A DNA stretch of 20,955 nt, taken from Candidatus Iainarchaeum sp. (GTDB lineage Archaea > Iainarchaeota > Iainarchaeia > Iainarchaeales > GCA-2688035). The notes below the pieces were generated by a model. That model searched no databases, had not been told where the DNA came from, and saw only the letters and a program-made list of their open reading frames with translations. Both the position numbers and the translations under genes were made by a program. The DNA is taken from NCBI GenBank assembly GCA_017610175.1, contig JAFCCO010000019.1, positions 1-20,955 of the forward strand. The letters run 5' to 3'. Shown in pieces: positions 16,409 to 20,955 of this stretch. Positions within the stretch are counted from its first letter, which is position 1. Every line of letters starts with the position of its first letter.

Positions 16409-17353
16409 ATGAGCTATATTGAGCGGAAAAGTAAGAACGGGGAAACTTACTCCTATTTCGTGAAAAAGTTTTCTTTCATGGGAAAACAATTTAAAATAAA
16501 TAATTATCTTGGGAAAACCCCGTTAATTTCAAAAGAGGAATACCTGCAAAAAAACATTGAAAAAATAACCAATCAGGAATTTGAATTAAAAAAGCCATTT
16601 TTGCCAAAGGAACTTTCGTACGGCGATTTGTTGGAAAAAACGGAAAGGAATGCAATTTATTTGAATAATTTAATGGATGCAAAACAAAACCATTCAATTG
16701 TTGAAAAAGAAATAGTGAAAGAATTTGTATTCAATTCAAACAATCTTGAGGGGTCAAAATTGCCAAAAGCTGAATTGGAGAAAATATTTGAAAATAAAAA
16801 AAGCTCTTATGCAAACAAAAATGAAATCCTTGAGGCGGAGAACTCAATAAAGGCATTTAAATACCTAAAAGAAGAATTTTATTTTTCAATACCGCAAATA
16901 AAGAAACTCTACAAAATTCTTTCAAACGGGTTGGTAATGGAAACAGGGGATTATTACCCTGCCGGGTTTAGAAAAACAGAAATAGTTGTTGGAAACGAAA
17001 AAACAACCAATCCCTGGCTTATTAAGGAAGAATTGCAAAATTTGCTTAAATGGTTCAAGGAAAACAAGAAAACCTATGCCCTAAAATTGGCTTTTGATTT
17101 TCATTTGCGGTATGAATCAATCCACCCTTTTCGCGACGCAAACGGAAGAACCGGGCGATTAATAATGAACAAAATCTTGCTGCAAAATAAGTATCCTCTG
17201 ATGCTGGTTTTTAAGGACAATAAGCAAGCCTATTTTACTGCAATAAAAAAGGCGCAGGAAAACAAGAATAAAAAATATTACCAATTCATGCTTGAACAAC
17301 AGCTTAAATCATACCAACTAACAAAAAAAATAACGGAACAATCTCCCTTCTAA
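16409..17353 (+). CDS. Fic-domain protein
   Basis: HPFRDANGRTGR Fic motif, SNNLEG inhibitory motif; AT-rich; TTTAAAG at 16381-16387. Confidence 0.93.
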   Translation: MSYIERKSKNGETYSYFVKKFSFMGKQFKINNYLGKTPLISKEEYLQKNIEKITNQEFELKKPFLPKELSYGDLLEKTERNAIYLNNLMDAKQNHSIVEKEIVKEFVFNSNNLEGSKLPKAELEKIFENKKSSYANKNEILEAENSIKAFKYLKEEFYFSIPQIKKLYKILSNGLVMETGDYYPAGFRKTEIVVGNEKTTNPWLIKEELQNLLKWFKENKKTYALKLAFDFHLRYESIHPFRDANGRTGRLIMNKILLQNKYPLMLVFKDNKQAYFTAIKKAQENKNKKYYQFMLEQQLKSYQLTKKITEQSPF

Positions 17354-17437
17354 AGCGGGCGGGTTAAAAAGAACAATAAATTAGCCCGATTCTTCTTCCT
17401 GAATGCTTTAAAATGTTTTTCGGCTTTCTTTTCTCTC

Positions 17438-17929
17438 ATGAACAAGGAGAAAAAGTTAATTGAAGCCGCCCTTTTTATGTCGCCAAAGGCTTTGCCTGTT
17501 TCCGCTTTGGTACAGGCCCTTGGGATTGAGGATTACGGCCTGGCAAAGAAGGCGGCTTTTGAATTAATGAATGAGTTTAACGCACGCAATTCAGCCCTTG
17601 AAATTGCCGAGGAAGACGGCCTGTTTAAAATGAAGGTAAGGCGTGAGTTCGACCAGCAGGTGCAGGACTTTGCATCTGAAAGCATGTTTAACAAGGGAAC
17701 CATGAAAACCCTTGCATTGATTGCGTTCAAGCAGCCTGTTCTGCAGAGTTCTGTAATAAAGTACAGGAACAACAAGGCCTACGACCACATTGCGGCTTTG
17801 CTGGAGGAGGGCTTTATTGCGCGGGAGCGAAGGGGCAGAAGTTACATGCTGCGCACTACCAAAAAGTTCTTTGAGTATTTTGGGAAGGACCTGGTAAAGC
17901 AGCAGGACCTCTCAGAGCCTACTCTTTAA
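17438..17929 (+). CDS. scpB: Segregation and condensation protein B
   Basis: IEAALF, TLALIAFKQP, TTKKFFEYFG; own TTTAAAA box at 17407-17413. Confidence 0.92.
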   Translation: MNKEKKLIEAALFMSPKALPVSALVQALGIEDYGLAKKAAFELMNEFNARNSALEIAEEDGLFKMKVRREFDQQVQDFASESMFNKGTMKTLALIAFKQPVLQSSVIKYRNNKAYDHIAALLEEGFIARERRGRSYMLRTTKKFFEYFGKDLVKQQDLSEPTL

Positions 17930-18290
17930 TTCTTGTGCTTTGGTCAATGCACTTTCCGGCCTTTGCCTTTAAGTCGTCAATTACCTGGTCAAATTCGGAC
18001 TCGTCCCTGTACCCCACAAGTTCGCTTACTTCCACTCCGTTGCAGAAGAATTTTATGGTTGGTGTACTCATTGCGCCCTTGCTTACTGCAAGGTCGTTAT
18101 TTTCCTCGCTGCTTAGTATGTTGAGTTTAAGAAAACCGATTTCCGGGTTCTTGCCTGAAACCGCTTCGTAGACCGGTGCAAATTTCACGCACCACTTGCA
18201 TTGTTCGTGCCAGAACTCAACTGCTACCAGCTGCTTTGAGTTTGTTACCTTTGAGTCCCATTCGTTTGCTTCAATGTCCTGTACTGCCAT
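17919..18290 (-). CDS. Thioredoxin-family protein
   Basis: VEFWHEQCKWC (CxxC), STPTIKFF cis-Pro loop; GGAGGAG SD. Confidence 0.88.
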   Translation of the reverse strand: MAVQDIEANEWDSKVTNSKQLVAVEFWHEQCKWCVKFAPVYEAVSGKNPEIGFLKLNILSSEENNDLAVSKGAMSTPTIKFFCNGVEVSELVGYRDESEFDQVIDDLKAKAGKCIDQSTRIKE

Positions 18291-18303
18291 TCTTTTCTCC
18301 TCC

Positions 18304-18819
18304 TCAGTCTATTTTCACTGTTCCCTTGCCCTCGGAGTCTTTTGCTTTCTTTTCAATCCTTACTTCTAAAATTCCGTTCTTGAATTTTGCGTTCGCGCTC
18401 TTTTCTTTTACTTCTGCAGGCAAAGCCATTTCCTTGAAGAAAGGCCTTTCTCCCTTTACATTTATCACTGCGCAGTCTCCGCTTGGCAGTGAAAAACCAA
18501 TGTCCCTTTTGTCCACTCCCGGCAGTTCTGCCGTAATTGTTATGTCTTTTCCTGTTTCAATTACGTCAACGAGTGGTTCGCGAACATTTCTTATTGTCGG
18601 CTTTCCGCCCTGTGCCTTTATGTTTCCACACTGCTGAATAACCGGTCGCCCGTTCTGGCTTATTCTAATGTTGAACCCCATTACAAGGGGCTTTTTTGCA
18701 ACAGGGAGGGCGTTGTCCTTGAACATGTCGTCCATCATTTCGTCGAAGATTTTTTGGAAGCTTTCAAAGTCAAACAGAATGTTGGCTTCCTTTATTTTCT
18801 TTTGTTCCTCTTCGTTCAT
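18304..18819 (-). CDS. Archaeal small heat-shock protein (Hsp20)
   Basis: REPLVDVIE, AELPGVDK, AKFKNGILEV, C-terminal V-x-I motif. Confidence 0.92.
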   Translation of the reverse strand: MNEEEQKKIKEANILFDFESFQKIFDEMMDDMFKDNALPVAKKPLVMGFNIRISQNGRPVIQQCGNIKAQGGKPTIRNVREPLVDVIETGKDITITAELPGVDKRDIGFSLPSGDCAVINVKGERPFFKEMALPAEVKEKSANAKFKNGILEVRIEKKAKDSEGKGTVKID

Positions 18820-19475
18820 TTGAATACTCCAAGGCTTGTCTGGAATTCACTTTCAAGCATTCTCTGCGATGTTATCCAGCTTTTTCTGGCTATTTCAGGC
18901 AGGCATTTGTTCTTAGAGATAAAGTCCTTTAAAAAGCTTACAGTCACCTCGTCGTGGCTGTATCCACTGCCAATTTTGCCGAATTTTTTGGACAGTTTCT
19001 CAATTCTTTTGTCCCTTTCAACCTTTGCAATAATGCTTGCCGCACTCACAATCGGGTAGTTTATGTCGGCCTTGTGCTCTGTTTTCAAAATAGTGTCAAA
19101 CGAGATGTATTTCCTGATTCTTTTGCCAAAGTTTTCCTGAATAATGTCCGGGCTGTCAACGTACACAATATCCGGCTTTTTCTTCAGCCTGTTCAAAAGC
19201 ACTCCAACCCGCATTGCCTCTATTTCATTCAGGCTTATCTTGTCGCGAAGCGAGTCAATTTCGTGGGCTTCAACCGCTGTCGAGTGAAATTCCTTTAAAG
19301 CGGGCTTTATTTGGACAATTTGCTCAAGCCTTTGCTCCACGGTCAAGAGCTTGCTGTCCCTTACCCCTATTTCGCGAAGCACTTCCTCCTCACTCTTTTC
19401 AATGGTTGCAATGGATAGCACCATTGGGCCAAGGCAAGGGCCTCTTCCCGCTTCGTCAACTCCTGCAATTAGCAT
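18816..19475 (-). CDS. rnhB: Ribonuclease HII
   Basis: GVDEAGRGP, VRDSK, VSAASIIAKV, GSGY; C-terminal PIP-box-like QTSLGVF. ATG19475 preferred over 19496. Confidence 0.95.
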   Translation of the reverse strand: MLIAGVDEAGRGPCLGPMVLSIATIEKSEEEVLREIGVRDSKLLTVEQRLEQIVQIKPALKEFHSTAVEAHEIDSLRDKISLNEIEAMRVGVLLNRLKKKPDIVYVDSPDIIQENFGKRIRKYISFDTILKTEHKADINYPIVSAASIIAKVERDKRIEKLSKKFGKIGSGYSHDEVTVSFLKDFISKNKCLPEIARKSWITSQRMLESEFQTSLGVFK

Positions 19476-19548
19476 AGTAAATAGATATCTGTGCAAGAGT
19501 AAATAAATAGGTTTCTAAGAAAAAAAAAGGAGGGGATGATGGCAGCAA

Positions 19549-20451
19549 TTATGCTGCCACATCGATATTCAAACGTTTCTTGAGTTCGCGGTATCTGTTT
19601 CGAATTGTTACCTCTGTTACTCCTGCAACGTTGGCAACTTCCTTCTGGGTCCTTCTTTCTCCCTTCAACAGTCCTGCGATGTATACTGCTGCCGCAGCAA
19701 CCCCGGTTGGGCCTCTTCCACTAATCAGTCCCTTGTCGATTGCCTCTTCAAGAATCTTTCTTCCCTCTTCCTGAACCTCTCCGCTCAAGTTGAGTTCTGA
19801 GGCAAACCTTGGGATGTAGTGGATTGGGTTGGTTAGTGGAACGTCAAGCTTGAGTTCCCTTACCAAGAACCTGTAGGTTCTTCCAATCTCTTTCTTGGTT
19901 AGGCCGCTTGCTTCCGCCATCTCGTTCAAAGTCCTTGGAACGTGATACGTTCTGCAGACAGTGTACAAAACAGCTGCCACAACGGCTTCAATCAATCTTC
20001 CCCTGATAAGTCCCTTTTTCACTGTTTTTCTGTACAACAATGCTGCCGCTTCAACGAGTGACTCCGGGATGTTCAGGTATGATGCAACTCTCCTTAGCTC
20101 AGTTAACGCAATGCTGAGGTTTCTCTGCATGCTTGAACTAATGCTGGCCCTTTTGTGCCACTTAATTAGCCTGTACATCTGTGCCCTGCTTTTGCTTGAA
20201 AGCTTGTTTCCGCGCAAATCCGTTCCGCGCCTGTCAATCATTGTCACAAGGCCTTTGTTTAGCTTAACGTACTTCATCGGGCTTCCTGTTCTTGCCCTTT
20301 TCTCAAACTGGTCTGAGTCAAAGCTTCTCCACTCCTTTCCGAAGTCAACGCTGTCCTCATCCATCACCAGACCGCACTTCTGGCAAATAACCTCTCCCTT
20401 CTCAGGGTCTTTCCTAATCTTAGTGCTTCCACATTCCGGACATTTAACCAT
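19549..20451 (-). CDS. tfb: Transcription initiation factor IIB
   Basis: CPECGS..CQKCG zinc ribbon, EWRSF, two cyclin repeats, GVTEVTIRNRY; GGTGA SD supports ATG20451. Confidence 0.97.
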   Translation of the reverse strand: MVKCPECGSTKIRKDPEKGEVICQKCGLVMDEDSVDFGKEWRSFDSDQFEKRARTGSPMKYVKLNKGLVTMIDRRGTDLRGNKLSSKSRAQMYRLIKWHKRASISSSMQRNLSIALTELRRVASYLNIPESLVEAAALLYRKTVKKGLIRGRLIEAVVAAVLYTVCRTYHVPRTLNEMAEASGLTKKEIGRTYRFLVRELKLDVPLTNPIHYIPRFASELNLSGEVQEEGRKILEEAIDKGLISGRGPTGVAAAAVYIAGLLKGERRTQKEVANVAGVTEVTIRNRYRELKKRLNIDVAA

Positions 20452-20588
20452 AAAACTCACCGTTCCACTAGTTTTTCCTATAAATCTGATAGGTTCAACA
20501 CACCTTAATTAACAACGCTATCTGTCTGAGCAATATTGTTAACTTAGAAAAAGATGTGTTCTTCCTATAATAACTTGCTGTTCCCATC

Positions 20589-20644
20589 CTTTATAAAGGT
20601 ATCGGATTTGGGGGCTTTATAAAGGTATCGGATTTGGGGGCTTT
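20589..20644. repeat. 26-bp tandem duplication containing the probable tfb BRE/TATA
   Basis: CTTTATAAAGGTATCGGATTTGGGGG x2 (20589-20614, 20615-20640) plus CTTT. Confidence 0.9.
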
Positions 20645-20711
20645 GCACTTAAAGTCGCTTTTGCACCTAAAATCAGCGTTTTGCACCTAAAGTTGGGGCT
20701 TTGCACTTAAA
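20642..20711 (+). repeat. Four phased 12-bp repeats TTTGCACYTAAA
   Basis: Starts at 20642, 20660, 20680 and 20700; partial TTTGCACTT at 20796. Confidence 0.9.
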
Positions 20712-20815
20712 GCCGTGATTTTTTTGCTTACTTGGGAGGGGGCAAAATTGGTTTTTGTGGGGGTGGTTTTGTTTTCCGAAACCTTAAAGTAGGGGTTTGC
20801 ACTTGTTTTGGTTCA

Positions 20816-20955
20816 ATGAAAAAACGGGTTTTTCTGGTTTTGGCCGTTTCTGCGTTGCTTGCGTTGATTGTTTTCTCCGGTTGCCTTGACGACGATAGCC
20901 AAAGGGCTTTAACCGGGCCTGGTTCTTTGAACGGCGGAGGTCTGGATGCAAACAA
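20816..20955 (+). CDS. Partial lipoprotein-like secreted protein (runs off the window)
   Basis: MKKRVFLVLAVSALLALIVFSGC lipobox signal; CGAAACC-TTAAAGTA promoter at 20777-20791; absent from the ORF track. Confidence 0.85.
   Translation, partial: MKKRVFLVLAVSALLALIVFSGCLDDDSQRALTGPGSLNGGGLDAN

Noticed and set aside
16181-17437. Target-site duplication or terminal inverted repeats around fic
   Set aside because: Only a weak TGAA(T)TGCTT similarity (16210 versus 17400); boundaries cannot be fixed.
412-20512. Numerous antisense or alternate-frame ORFs in the track (e.g. 2381-2848, 2979-3425, 15607-16146, 19961-20512)
   Set aside because: They overlap better-supported genes and carry no recognisable motifs.
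20589-20712. CRISPR array
   Set aside because: Repeats of 12 bp with 6-8-nt gaps, or contiguous tandem copies; no spacer-sized units and no cas genes.
20728-20955. Minus-strand 75-aa ORF
   Set aside because: Shadow of the plus-strand lipoprotein start at 20816, which has a promoter and a lipobox.

Overview
Archaeal chromosomal segment. TFB, ScpA/ScpB, Trm5-family, DUF63, archaeal Hsp20, PIP-box RNase HII and many leaderless TATA promoters point to an archaeon; a DPANN/Iainarchaeota-like origin is an inference, not a search result. Most of the window is housekeeping genes: PRTase + alpha/beta hydrolase, eno, prs, aspartate aminotransferase, Lrp, GTP-PEPCK, DUF63, trm5-like, ECF S component, adk, ahcY, scpA, scpB, thioredoxin, hsp20, rnhB, tfb and the start of a lipoprotein. 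Two AT-rich accessory segments interrupt it. (i) A ~1.8-kb transposase-less insert carrying a B12-binding radical SAM gene splits a small two-helix membrane-protein gene, which rejoins in frame at a CTT direct repeat. (ii) A Fic gene with three 12-bp direct repeats upstream sits between scpA and scpB. Non-coding signals include a candidate structured RNA with its own promoter and palindromic operator (~10.84-11.03 kb), identical Ptr2-like Lrp boxes 56 nt upstream of both aspC and lrp, a tandem-duplicated tfb promoter and a phased 12-bp repeat array. No tRNA, rRNA, CRISPR array or transposase was found. All family assignments come from motif recognition; no searches were run.
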